In this document: in pieces, positions 44,495 to 58,005 of the stretch
Layout of the letters: each line of letters begins with the position of its first letter
How positions within the stretch are numbered: position 1 is the first letter of the stretch
The notes under the pieces: model-generated
What the model was told of the DNA's origin: nothing
Seen by the model: the letters and a program-made list of their open reading frames with translations, nothing else
The model's database searches: none
Program-made: the position numbers and the translations under genes
Assembly: GCA_951406725.2 (NCBI GenBank)
Contig: OX597820.1
Location: forward strand, 52,142,001-52,206,000
Length of the DNA stretch: 64,000 bases
Source: Octopus vulgaris
Lineage: Eukaryota
Direction of reading: 5' to 3'

Positions 44495-45759
44495 TTGGTT
44501 TTTGTTTTGTTTACCTGATCAACATGTATGATCAAAAATAGAGAGAATGAAATGAAGGAAAAAAATGTGCAAATGTAATTCAACAGAAAAGTAATATCTT
44601 AAGTGACAGGAACACGGAAAGAACACCCAAAGCATGAAAATGTGAAAGATACCAAAATTAGATTGAACATTCAATGCATATATTTGTATAAATGACAACA
44701 GAGAATTTACGAAACACAAGCACAGTGCATCTCAACATGAATTACAAAAGGGAGAGTTGAACATTAGAAATTGCCACGCTGACAATAGAGTGTGTTTCAT
44801 GACAGCTGCAAAATTAGCCCCACGAAGCTCTAATCCGCAACTGGGCAGTGCGATATCCATGTCATTTAACTGGTCACCAAGATCGTTCAAACACTGTTCC
44901 CACGAAAGTGTCTAAGAAAAGATCGGAGCAGATTATTTATTAGAATATTAAACAGCTTGTGACTGACGCAAAACCTTTGCGTAATGGAGAGCTTTGACGG
45001 CTCAAAAGCAATTAGTATCGCACTCCTACAGTGGAGTTTATTAATAAATGAATACGCAAGCATAACGAAATTTCTGTTCGATGTTATTAAATACACACTG
45101 ACAAAATTTTGCACGTACAATGTCACACGTTACGCAATATAATTTGCATTCATTTACATAATAAAGAAAGCAAACTACATATAATACATAATATATAATA
45201 TCTCTAGAGATTAGATGTGGAGCATCAGAAGAGTTTTGAAATGCAGAGGAGATTTGAGTCGCACATATTTGTTTATATAAATAGGAATTTACTACGTTAC
45301 TTCGCCGCAATGTCGAATTCATATATGAGACGATGGTTTATAAACACGTTGAACTTTGGCGGACTGTGCTTAAGATAATTTACCAAAACTGCACACGTGC
45401 CGCTAATATCAGAGCAAGGTTATACAAAATTTGATATATATTCGCATATGTATATCAGCACGTCAATAATAATGCTATGCTCTCTTTCGATGAAAAACAC
45501 TGTAACATACTTGTCAAAGATCTGTATATATAAAGTATGATGCATATGTGGTTATATTAATTTGATAAATCTTGAATTAGAAATAGCGAATTTTTATTCA
45601 GCCAGGTGTTCGCAAAATCAGTGAACGTTTTATTTCCAGCTTCATTGCGGTGAAGAAACGTAGCAGATTTCTATTTATATAGTTCTAAACACTCATACTT
45701 AGAACGAATACACTTACCTATCCACCACTGAACAAAATAACATGAATCTTGAAAGTAGA

Positions 45760-46126
45760 TTCTTCACTACGAAAATGCCCCATGATACGCAGCTTTCTTC
45801 ACTCGAGAATTTCTCGCCAAAAATAACATGTTTGCGCTTTCGCACTTGCCCTATTCGCGAGATTTAGCACATTCGGATTTCCATCTATTCTCCAAAATGA
45901 AATACAGCTCAAATGTAGCTGTTTTAACACCATTGTCGATATCCATATCGAATGTCCTCGATTTGCTTACGGAAAACGACTTGCAGGCCGGTTTCAAAAA
46001 GTGGCAGAACCCGGGGACCAGTGTATCGCAGAGCAAGGTAACTGTTTGGAAAGAAATAATTTTAAAACTTATGTAAAAGTTATTTTTTATCAAACATAAC
46101 TAGAGTGGTAGGTTTTTCAGAGTCCT

Positions 46127-46130
<4 letters not shown>
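45760..46130 (+). mobile_element. mariner (DD34D-like) transposase C-terminal pseudogene with probable right terminus
   Basis: HENA...HLPYSRDLAHSDFHLFSKMK...GFKKWQ matches HDNA / HPPYSPDLAPSDFHLF; ends ...GTCCTCGCATA, resembling the reverse complement of a TA-CGAGG mariner end. Confidence 0.8.
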
Positions 46131-46167
<37 letters not shown>

Positions 46168-46173
<6 letters not shown>

Positions 46174-46916
46174 TTGTCTTGGTATAAAAGATGGGCTACA
46201 GTAAATATTCTGCTCGATAGCACAGATTTGCTTTTCAGTTGTTTGACCTTAACCAGTTGAGCATGTCCCTTAGTGGCTGACGATATATGCATCTCCGATG
46301 CATATAGGCGATGCATAAGGCGGCGAGCTGGCAGAAACGTTAGCACGCCGGGCGAAATACTTAGCGGTATTTCGTCTGCCGTTACGATGTGAGTTCAAAT
46401 TCCGCCGAGGTCGACTTTGCCTTTCATCCTTTCGGGGTCGATAAATTAAGTACCAGTTACGCACTGGGGTCGATGTAATCGACTAAATACCTATGTCTGT
46501 CCTTGTTTGTCCCCTCTGTGTTTAGCCCCTTGTGAGTAATAAAGAAATAGTTATATGCATCTCCGATCACGAGCAGAGATAGTAGGGGAGCATTATAGCC
46601 ATGTGTTGAGAGGGATTTTGGTGGTTTAAATAATTTACCCCTGGAAACATTAGTGTTTCATTCAACATCCTTAAACGACACTTATTTAGGGACCTTTTGA
46701 GCAGGATGGGTTATCCACCAGAAGAAAATTCTAAATGGGCTCCTCCTGCAAGGTCATGCGCTGTTTATCTTGATATGAGATCACCATGTCGCGCACATAT
46801 GGTTGTGATGCATGTGCTTAGTGTACTCTTATCAGACGGGTAATCATGATGGGTATACTGGGCTTCGTATACTTTACCCCAGTGTCACTTTGATGGCATG
46901 CACTACTCTTTCACGC
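46168..46916 (+). mobile_element. Second copy of the AAT-flanked element, 5'-truncated, containing a nested SINE
   Basis: Colinear with ~35836-36319 apart from the insert at 46300-46567. Confidence 0.9.
46317..46550 (+). mobile_element. Young family A SINE monomer with a 16 bp flanking duplication
   Basis: Intact AAGGCGGCGAGCTGGCAGAAACGTTAG head and GAGTTCAAATT B-box; TATATGCATCTCCGAT at 46284-46299 and 46552-46567. Confidence 0.92.
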
Positions 46917-46992
46917 AATAATACTACTACTACTAATAATAATAGTAATAATAATGATGATGATGATGATGATGACGACGACGATGACTATA

Positions 46993-47049
<57 letters not shown>

Positions 47050-47099
47050 ACATAGAATTATACCTTAGAAATGAGAACCCAGGTTCGAAATTTCCCCAA

Positions 47100-47145
47100 G
47101 ACACCTGAAGAAGGCTGGTGGGTATATCAGCCGAAACGCTGTGTT
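47100..47145 (+). ncRNA. Minimal type I hammerhead motif (cleavage triplet apparently mutated) in a ~185 bp insert (47050-47235)
   Basis: GACAC-CTGAAGA-A-GGCTGGTG-GGTA-TATCAGCC-GAAAC-GCT-GTGTT: stem I GACAC/GTGTT and an 8 bp stem II. Confidence 0.7.
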
Positions 47146-47338
47146 AACAACAAACACGATGAAGACAAATATCTGTCAAATGTAAATAATGTAAATAATG
47201 TGCATAATTCCTCATCTCATAAATATAGAACTGTATTACATACATATATGTTAGTATGTATAGAAATATATACATGTATACAAATGTATGCTTGTGCGTG
47301 CGTGTGTGCATGCGCTCGTGTTGGTGTGCGCTTGTGGG

Positions 47339-47376
<38 letters not shown>

Positions 47377-48370
47377 AGGGGTTGAGAGAGAAAGCAAGAG
47401 GGAGAGAGAGAGAGAGAGAACCACAGAGAGAGAATGCTAGAGAGAGAATGAGATCGAATGCGGTTGTGTCTGTGTGTTTGTACGCGTATGGCTGTCTGTT
47501 CGGATATTTCTGTTTCGACTGTCCACTCTTACTTCCTTGATATTCTTACGAGAATGAAGGCGCGAGTGCACAAAGTGAAAAGGATGTAGAGGCCAGAGTG
47601 TTCGAATAAAATTTTATATTTTCGTTTAATTAAAAAAAAAAATTATTGAAAATAGATCTATCGAATTTTGGTCAACTTAGTCTTAGGCTTTCAAACATAT
47701 CTTGCAAAGCCTCCCATAAGTGACCAGCTGAATTTTAGTTCAGAATGTGTATCTATTCAGATACTGTTCAATATTCGCAAAAGAAAAACGATTTGAGACA
47801 GATTTCGTCGTGAAAATACAGCAGCAAGCACGAGTACTGGGAACGATCTGCCTCTCGGGTTAAATTCATAGGTTGCCTCCCTTGAACTGTGCCTTCTAGA
47901 TTTCATACAGCTGTTCTTCTATAATAAAAGCTGTTCTTTTAAAATAATAAAAAAAAAGAGACACATGGATAAAACACCAGCGCATACTTGCGTAAATACA
48001 TACACATTTGCCTGAATGCACGTGTGTGTATACATATATACGTCTGAGTGTATCTGTATATATACTCATAAATATATATATATATATATACACAAACATA
48101 CATAGATACAGGCTTACATATATACATGTGTATGCATGTGGGTATATATAATAATATAATAAACCTTTACATATATAAATAACGTGAAATACACGAAGGG
48201 ACGAACATAAGAGACAGACGGGTCATTCAAAGCCTTCGTTCTTCAGTCAGAAACCGATTCATCATCGCAGATTTCGGCTATTTAATTCTGAGATCTGCTC
48301 TGGACATACATATATATACAGTATCTGAGTGTATACATACATACATACATACATATAAGCGTATATATAT

Positions 48371-48479
<109 letters not shown>

Positions 48480-48722
48480 TACAGACAAACAGTTAGTCAG
48501 AAAGACAGACAGAAAGATAGGTATATATACAAGAGAGAGAACCTAATTATATAGACTTATAATGGTTCAGTGTATGCGGCGTGTTAATATGAACGAATGG
48601 ACATGTACGCAAGAATATAACCGGCTGGCTGCGTGTGTGTGTTTTGTGCGTGTGTGTGTGTGTGTAAGAGAGATAGAGAGAGCGAGGAATGAAGAAAGAT
48701 AAGGGAAGAAAAAGGTAGAGGG

Positions 48723-48783
<61 letters not shown>

Positions 48784-49019
48784 AGTAAGAGTTTGAAAGA
48801 AAGTGTGAAAGAGGAGGTGATGGTTTTATTGAATGCAGACCTTTCTGACTTCTATACTACCCGAAGTTTGCTGGAAAATATCTTTTCATTCTAGTTTAAC
48901 TCACAGCACCAATAAATGCATTATTCTTGTCTATTCAGAGATATTTGTAATATTCACTCACCACTGGTGATAAGATAGTAGGACAGGCCACCGTTAACCT
49001 TACCTGATCCACACCGCTT

Positions 49020-49445
49020 TCTCGATTGACTACAAATATGAATACTTTTCCTGACCAATATTCATTCCTCTGTCTCGGGATAATACTGCGGCCAGTTCTA
49101 CCTGTTTCTTGGTCTCATGAATATCAATCGATTACCGCTTAAGGCCTTCCACAAATGTATCAATGGCATTAATTATTCTTTCATCTGCAGATCGTATCGC
49201 GCAGTCTTTGTATTTCCTTAACAGGGCTAACAAGGGCTTCACTTGCTAGGAGGAAAAGCATTTCAGATAAGCTGTCACAGTGAAATATTCCTCCTGATAG
49301 ACTAATCGCTTTTCCTACTACAATCTTACTTCCACTTGTTACCGATATCGCTCTCAACCTTGTTGTTACCAGTCTCTTTAAGGTACGGACTGTGGCAGTC
49401 AGAATCCTATCATAGCGTTGCTGTGCGATAATCCATCATTGAGGT
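49020..49445 (-). mobile_element. Second, older Dong/R4-clade RT fragment (absent from the ORF track)
   Basis: Minus strand reads GGIFHCDSLSEMLFLLA, TFVEGLKR*, KKQVELAAVLSRDRGMNIGQEKYSYL, i.e. GIFQGDSLS / F.DDLKLY / FS.DIGM.FG..KC. Confidence 0.8.
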
Positions 49446-49469
49446 ATATATGAATGCATCCCTGTATGT

Positions 49470-49748
49470 GTGTGCGTGCGTGTGTATGTATGTATGTGCG
49501 TATGTATGTATGTATGTATGTATGTATGTATGCATATATGTATGTATGTACGAAACGTATATATCCCATTATTCACTTTATTTCAAGATTATATAGCAAT
49601 AGATTATATAAAAAGATTATATAACAAGAGCCAATAGAGAAAGAGCCGGTTTCTAACCTAGGAGCAAGGCTGCGTCACTGGAATTTGAACAACACCAACA
49701 GTGTACTTTTGATTGTATATAGGTATATGTGCACATTTGTATGTTATG

Positions 49749-49788
<40 letters not shown>

Positions 49789-50276
49789 CCGTAAAAATGC
49801 TTTAGCCCGGAGGCCGCGGCCATGCTGGGGCACCACCGCTGAATATATATATATATATATATTCTCATGCACGTAATTGCATGCCTAGACATGCTCATAT
49901 ATACTTAACTGATAAACTCCTGGATAAATTATTTGACTGTTTGTATGTATGTATGTATATATGTATGCACGTATGTGTGTGCGTGCGTATATAGGTATGC
50001 ATGTATATATGTATATATGTGTGTATGTATGTATGTATGTATGTATGTATGTATGTATGTATGTATGTATGTATGTATGTACGAAACGTATGTATCCCAT
50101 TATTCACTTTATTTCAAGATTATATAGCAATAGATTATATAAAAAGATTATATAACAAGAGCCAATATAGAAAGAGCCGGTTTCTAACCTAGGAGCAAGG
50201 CTGCGTCACTGGAATTTGAACAACACCAACAGTGTACTTTTGATTGTATATAGGTATATGTTCACATTTGTATGTT

Positions 50277-50323
<47 letters not shown>

Positions 50324-50500
50324 TCATGCACGTAATTGCATGCCTAGACATGCTCATATATACTTAACTAATAAACTCCTGGATAAATTATTTGACTGTT
50401 TGTATGTATTTACGTATGTGTGTGCGTGTGTATATATGTATACATGTATATATGTATATATGTGTGTATGTATGTATGTATGTATATATGTATGCTGGTA
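49470..50500 (+). repeat. Recent tandem duplication, unit ~0.46-0.53 kb
   Basis: 49551-49750 matches 50082-50281, and 49862-49950 matches 50321-50409, with few differences. Confidence 0.95.
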
Positions 50501-52477
50501 TGTTTTTATGTTTGTATGAATATTCTGAAATGACGCAATGTATGTGTACATGCGGTAATGAATAAATAGTGCAAAATCAGCAATTACCTATAGATTTCAT
50601 ATTGAAGAAAGTGGGCGTACTCCGTGTATGTTTGTTTATGAATGTATGTATGTGTACGTGCGTACGTGTTTGTATGTGCGTATGAGAGTGAGAGTGTCTG
50701 TATGCGTCTGCCTTTGTTTCTATGTATGTGTGTTTGATTTTGATAAGTAATATACAAACGAATTATTCATATTTTGCCTGTAACCAAAGAAGAAAAATTA
50801 TTCCTAACAAAAAGCGCCCATGACTGAAAGATCACTTAGTACGTACAGATAAGTGTAAGGAAATATTTAAGATATTAAGAGTATCTGATGTTTATACGTA
50901 TTGTTTCTTTCATATTGATTTCACTCCCGTCATGAAAATATCAAAACACGATATTCAAGAGTCTTTAGAAGTTTCTTGAAATAAAGTGATGATAAGAGTT
51001 GAAAATTTAGGACTGTTTACCTCAGGGATAAAAATCTTCGATTTAAGACTTTCATCTATTTATTTATTTTCCACATTTATCTAATTTTATTAAATATCTT
51101 TATTCTCGATTTCACTGGATCTAAGAAGTCGCTTCAACATTTCTTTGAACTTATTAATCAAACAAGTGGTGTAACATAAACATAACTTCGTGGAGATGAG
51201 ATTAATTTGTTATTTTAAATGGACTCAGAAATATATATTATTAGAGGCTGTTTTCTTTTTTATATATAAAAGGTCATAATGGACTTAGAAATTTGACAAA
51301 AATCTCTTTTAAGAATAAAGGATATAGATTTTATTTCATCTAAACATATGTTATATATAATATCATTACATACTTTTAGAACATATTTCTTTTTCTCTTG
51401 ACATCATAGTTAGCGGTAGGTCTTTCTGTATGTCTTCCTATATGTGTAAGTCTTTCTGTGCCTGTGTGTGTATTGTGTGTGTCTGAGACTAACTCTTCAC
51501 TTTCTCTATCCGACACAACATAATTTCAATTGAAACTAAATAACGTATACATTAATTCGATATATATTGCAATAAAATTTCTCTCCACAACGTTGTTCGT
51601 CTACACTGCAGCCGCACACAATGGAGAAGAGGATTATCTACTGAATGTATAAATAATGTGAAATCTTGAACAACCTGCATAAACTGTTGCAAAACGAATT
51701 CATTTTCACAAACTGGTCTCCTTTACACTGCATATGAATGACCTCATCACAGATGAGCATATACACAGATATGAAAGAAAGTAGTTGATATCATATTTAA
51801 AGGCCATTATTGGTACAAAGATGCAGCTCTTTTGATACTGAAGCATTAGGTGTATTTGCCTTTTTGACTTTCTGACGAAGATACACATATTATTTGCGCG
51901 CGTGTGTGTGTATACAGAGAGAAGAAAGAGAGAGGGAGAGAGAAGGGGGAGGGAGAGAGAGAAAGAGAGAGAGAGAGAGTGACAAAGACAGACAGGCAGA
52001 TAGGTTACCGGGCAAAATACCTCACAAGTTCTCTGTTGGCACACCGGGCTGACACTGTTTCTTAGTTTAGTGAAGAACTCCAAGTAAAATTTTGTTAGGG
52101 TCCCAAGTTATGGTACATCAAAATTCTATATTGTAAATCAGTAAAAGAGCTTCAAATAAACTATTTTTTTACGGAGTGATATATAATAGACAAATTTAAA
52201 TAATGATCAATACATATAATTCATTTATTGTGGCCAATTTAGCTTAAAGATGTTTCTTGTAGTCATTATAGATAGGTTTATTCCATTGGTCTATTAATCA
52301 ACTGAGATAAATTGGCATCGATTTCCCTCACTTCATCCATAGAATGATTGGGTAAACCTATCTCTCATGACTATCGGGAACAACTGGAAGTCAAATTTGC
52401 AATAATGAAAGAATTATATGTATTGACCATTATTTTAACTTGTCACACATACACACACACACACACACGCACGCACG

Positions 52478-52574
<97 letters not shown>

Positions 52575-52584
52575 TGTTTTACTA

Positions 52585-52976
52585 TTTTATTTATTTCAGT
52601 CATTTGATTGTGGCCATGCTGGAGCACCGCCTTTAGTCGTGCGAATCGACCCTAGGACATATTCTTTGTAAGCCTAATACTTATTCTATCGGGCTCTTTG
52701 CCGAATCGCTAGGATTCGGGGACGTAAACACACCAGCATCGGTTGTCAAGCGATATTGCGGGGAGAAACACAGACATACAAACATACACACACACAGATA
52801 TATATATATATATATATTCATTTATACGACGGCTTCTTTCAGTTTCCGTCTACCAAATCCACTCACTTATGGTTGGCCTGAGGCTATAGTAGAAGACACT
52901 TGCCCAAGGTACCACGCAGTGGGACTGAACCTGGAACTATGTGGTAAGGAAGCTACTTACCACACAGCCACTCACT

Positions 52977-52979
<3 letters not shown>
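52585..52979 (-). mobile_element. tRNA-derived SINE family B (CORE-like segment, internal microsatellite), near full length
   Basis: Reverse complement: GAGTGGCTGTGTGGTAAG A-box, GGTTCAGTCCC B-box, ACCTTGGGCAAGTGTCTT core, tail GGTGCTCCAGCATGGCCACAATCAAATGACTGAAA. Confidence 0.9.
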
Positions 52980-53048
<69 letters not shown>

Positions 53049-53487
53049 TGATTCCGATGAATAAAATACAAATGGGTAACAAAGTTGTTCAGGTGCTAAC
53101 TCATTACGGCCGTTTCAAGCAAATCATTTATTATCTAAACTCATTCTGCCATGTATATGACAAAAGAAACAATGCAAATATTTCAGTTCCATTATAAATG
53201 GGAATTTGTTAAGGAAATTGCTGTATCCTTCATGTTTGAAGTGTATATGGTCATGTAAGAGGAACGTTTTCTTTTAAATGATGCAATGTTTTCATTACCC
53301 AATTAAATGAGTCGCTTGAAACGGCCGTGATGAATATATACATATTCATTCAGTGATGCATCAAAATATTTATCATATAAATCCCACCCTTGGATTATTA
53401 TCATTATTATTAAAATTAATATTGTTACTATACATATATGCATATATATATATGTGTGTATATATACATACGTGTACATATACACAT

Positions 53488-53541
<54 letters not shown>

Positions 53542-53585
53542 ATACATACACACACCTGCACATATATATATACATATATATAAGC

Positions 53586-53659
<74 letters not shown>

Positions 53660-53661
<2 letters not shown>

Positions 53662-54176
53662 TGAATATAAGAAGAAACAAGTTGGGCAATTCGTTGCAGA
53701 AAAAATATTAAATGTATGTAATATGAATATGTACATATGTATACATATAAGATTAGTCCGACTTACACAGAATAGCAATGATATCAGGAATTAAAGAAAC
53801 TCAGTTAAAGAAACTGAGTATGAATTTTACGAGTCCGACAGCTGTTTCTGGGGCTATGGTGATCCAAATGTAATGTATCTTAACCTCCATTGTGTTTCTA
53901 ATATTATATCTAAATCTAATATACTTCCCTGAAGACAGAGGTTAGTGTTATCTGATGATGAAATCAAGTCATGATCATTATTTTGGACCATTATGCCACC
54001 AGAAACGGCTGTTGGACTCGTAAACATACTCAACCATTTTAAGTGCTGATATCGTTTCTACTCTGTGTAAGTCGGACTTTTTTTTATATATATACATATG
54101 TCCATTTTTATATTAAATGTATTTAATATTTTTTTGTATATCGACCTGCTTCACTTGCTTGTCTTTACATTTACTC
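53660..54176. repeat. Diverged fold-back palindrome with a hammerhead-like centre
   Basis: Arms ~53660-53889 and ~53936-54176, e.g. AGTCCGACTTACACAGA/TCTGTGTAAGTCGGACT and TTTACGAGTCCGACAGCTGTTTCTGG/CCAGAAACGGCTGTTGGACTCGTAAA. Confidence 0.9.
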
Positions 54177-54266
54177 CTCTACCTTCTTAAGCTTAAGTTC
54201 ACGTCTCTTGAGCACTGCACAGAATATGCTAGACAGAGAATGCCTGTCTCTAATCTATAAACTGTA

Positions 54267-54311
<45 letters not shown>

Positions 54312-56041
54312 TATTATATATGTAGATACATAAGTGTGTGTTTATGAAATATATATATATACATACATATATATAAATATATATACATATATGTATGTAT
54401 TCATTCTTAAGGACACTCTCACACACGCCCACACACATACATACACCAACTGTCTGCGTTATATCTATGTGTATTCAAATGACAGTTGATTAGGAGAATG
54501 GTAGCACATATTATTTCCTACATATATTACACTATGTACTCATCTGACAGAATCTGGTGTGACATCGGAACTATAATGAAACTAACTGCCCATTTTTTTG
54601 TTATTGTTATTAGGTTACTTACGATAGTCGTGTAGAAGCATATTTTACACTATTCCTTTATCGTTTTCTGAACTGTATTCTGAAATTCAAACTATGTCAT
54701 CTCGCGAATGAAATTATTACGTGCATATACACCAACAATGATCAATAATTATTGTTTTCTTCATAAAAGAGATTGAACCATAAAACCGATCAAAGTCAGT
54801 AATTTTAACAAATTTTAATTAATTATCTATTTTAAATTACGTATTTTATATACAAAACTATAATCCTCTCTTTATATCCCTGTTGCATTATTTCCTGGGT
54901 AGATAAAAACCTAACTTTTCCGAAAGCAGAATGGTTGACATCGTATTTAGATATTTCCTTTTGTAAGAAATGTAGTTTGTATTATGTTATATCAGCTATT
55001 GGGATAAGAACTTTCAAGTATAATCTGTTGTTCTGTAAGAATCCAGTTTCTTCGATGATCTTTATATTACTTGCTAAATAAAAGTATACACATCCATCAT
55101 TGCCAATATAAAAACGCACACGTACACATCAGAAAAGTGTCACCATCTCCACTCGTACACAGAAACGAATCCTCATGTGAATCAATTCATGTGAATCAAT
55201 TATGTACGACCAAACAGATAAATACATGTTTTCATAAAATTGATCTAAGCAATGTTTACCAATGTCAAAAAAACGTCGCCCTTTAGAATCCAAATATTTA
55301 TTTTATACAAATCCAAAGCAAAGAGATATACCTGCGTGGTTGGGTAAGTGTTTGACATATTGTCAGTAGAATAAAGTGAAGAGGTTAGTAGAGTATACTA
55401 GAAGCAATCCAATCAATACCCTGCACAAAATTAAATAGTTGAAGGTGAAGGCGTCTTCTGCATATGGTACATATATCTATATTTTGTCAACATTGATAAT
55501 AGATATCAAAATTCGTATCTTGAAACTTCTATTCGTAAGTGTCCCCAGTATGAATGCAAATGAGACGCCACTTAGCTGCTGTTCATATTGATCAAGCATA
55601 TTTCAAATAGGGTGATCATCCTAAATACCTATATATCTGTTGTTACACATTTCCACAATATTTCCGTACACCAGATGATTAAAAGTTAATTTCAGTGCAG
55701 TTGGCATTTCACCTGGAATGCGAAATAATTAACATGCGTAATACAATGGACTGACTGAACTTATACCCTCAAGGAAAGTAGTGATAAATTCTATTAATAG
55801 ACAGTAATTCTTTCTTTTTACTATTCTTTGAAAGTTTATTCATCTCACTCATTTGATATCCTACGATCAATATTACTGTTTCCGTTTCTCGCTTTCTCGC
55901 ACGTTAGAGTTCTGTTTCTCTTAGTATTGTCACACGTATAGGTAAGAAAAGATAACATACCGATATATGTTTACGTACATTACGTACACATACATAGTAT
56001 ATGTATGTATATATATGTATATGTATATGTATACGTATATG

Positions 56042-56115
<74 letters not shown>

Positions 56116-56230
56116 TAGATCGAGAGAGAAGAGTTTGAAAATGCCACTATATTAGTTAAATTTTAATTTTTACATGCTTCGGTTCTTGAAATAACGAACC
56201 TTATCAAATAGAATTTGTTTTATAATAAAG

Positions 56231-56369
56231 AGTATAATGGAATAGTTCATAATTGTTTCATACATTCAATAGAGTCCATGCTATATACATAAAAAGTATA
56301 ATGGAACAGTTCATAATTGTTACATACATTCAATAGAGTCCATGCTATATACATTCAATAGAATCCATG
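56231..56369. repeat. 64 bp tandem duplication plus a partial third copy
   Basis: AGTATAATGGAA.AGTTCATAATTGTT.CATACATTCAATAGAGTCCATGCTATATACAT at 56231 and 56295. Confidence 0.92.
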
Positions 56370-56512
56370 TTCTTGAAAAGGCGAAAAATATATTATAAGG
56401 TGTAAGTCGTTCCTTACTGTTTTGTGAAGTGTAGTGCAGGAGTTCATTATAGATTTTACCTTGTGTTCCGATGGGAGCAACAGTAGTGATTCTTGGTTGA
56501 CGACTGTTAGCG

Positions 56513-56557
<45 letters not shown>

Positions 56558-56676
56558 GATAGATAGATATATAGATAGATAGATAGAGAGAGAGAGATAC
56601 ATAGATAGATAGATTTCGTTTGGGGATTTGGTTTGCAAGATTCTTTATATGAGTTCGTGTGTTGAATCATATTCTG

Positions 56677-56785
56677 AGAGTCATTCTCTTTTAGTGCCCT
56701 ATAATGTGTAAGAAAATAAAAATGAAATAAGTAGAAATTTTACCGGTGAGTGTTAAATTATAAGACACTAAAAGCGAATGACTCT
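56677..56785. repeat. Short inverted repeat (29 bp arms, ~51 bp spacer)
   Basis: AGAGTCATTCTCTTTTAGTGCCCTATAAT versus ATTATAAGACACTAAAAGCGAATGACTCT. Confidence 0.85.
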
Positions 56786-56895
56786 ACCCAGATACAAAAT
56801 ATATATATATATATATATATAAGAGAGAGAGAGAGAGAGAGAGAGTGTGTGTGTGTGTGTGTGTGTGTGTTATCTCTGTGAACTACTAGATTGTG

Positions 56896-56980
56896 AAATC
56901 CTGATGAGGGGTTCAATACCGACATACGATTTAACTTAATATAGGCAATGAACTCTCGAAATGGGGATAGATGTAGATTT
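56896..56980 (+). ncRNA. Degenerate type I hammerhead motif
   Basis: AAATC-CTGATGA-GGGGTTCA...TGAACTCT-C-GAAAT...GTA-GATTT: stem I AAATC/GATTT, long stem II, weak stem III. Confidence 0.55.
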
Positions 56981-57194
56981 TGACTTACTCTTTTGGGGAA
57001 CTCTCTTACGCTCCTTGGATACCGGACTTATCATGGATTGCTTCAGTTTTAAGAAGTGACTATTTTGATATATTTCGAATCGGCGGGTAAATTTTCTAAT
57101 CGATTGATATGTTTTAATAATTCACTTTAATCACCAATTTTTATACACATTTTTTCGGGATAGGTCCTTCTACATATTTTTGTATTTTTTTATA

Positions 57195-57235
<41 letters not shown>

Positions 57236-57412
57236 CCTACCGCATTTATATATATATTTCTTTTATATGTTGCAGACCATGGTATTATTTGTATATAATG
57301 AAATGTATAGCAGCGTGGGATTATATAGGCCCGTATTTTGTGTTTGTTCTTTAATCAATGTATATATGTATTGGATTTATATATGTATCTTTCTCATTCT
57401 CTTCTATCTTCC

Positions 57413-57464
<52 letters not shown>

Positions 57465-57959
57465 ACATATATACTAGCCACCTACCTTCTCCCTGGCACT
57501 TGGAAAAATGATTAGTGACCAAGATATTTAGCCATGTATAGGGTCCGAAGACGACATTAACGTCACCTAAAATCCAGTGGAATTGCTGAGAAAGTTCCAT
57601 TCCATATGTTCATGGATGTAACAAATGCGTTGCTCAAAGATCACATATCCTTTTTAAATCGACGAACTCCACCGCATTACTGAATACCAGATAAGAAATT
57701 TTCAGCAAATGGAAACACATGAACTAAGATTCATTTGGCGAATTCGAGAACACCACCCTCTCAGGATTGAGAAACCGGATCGCAGACTTTAGAGCAATTT
57801 CCTTGATTCTACACTAACGAGCTTTATAGTCTAACCGGCACAGGGAACATAATTCTAATTCTCTCTTTTTCCTTTTCTTTTCCCTCATCCTCCCAGTTTT
57901 GCATTTACCTTTCTCTATATACAAACATACATATATATATACGTGTATATATATATATA

Positions 57960-58005
<46 letters not shown>

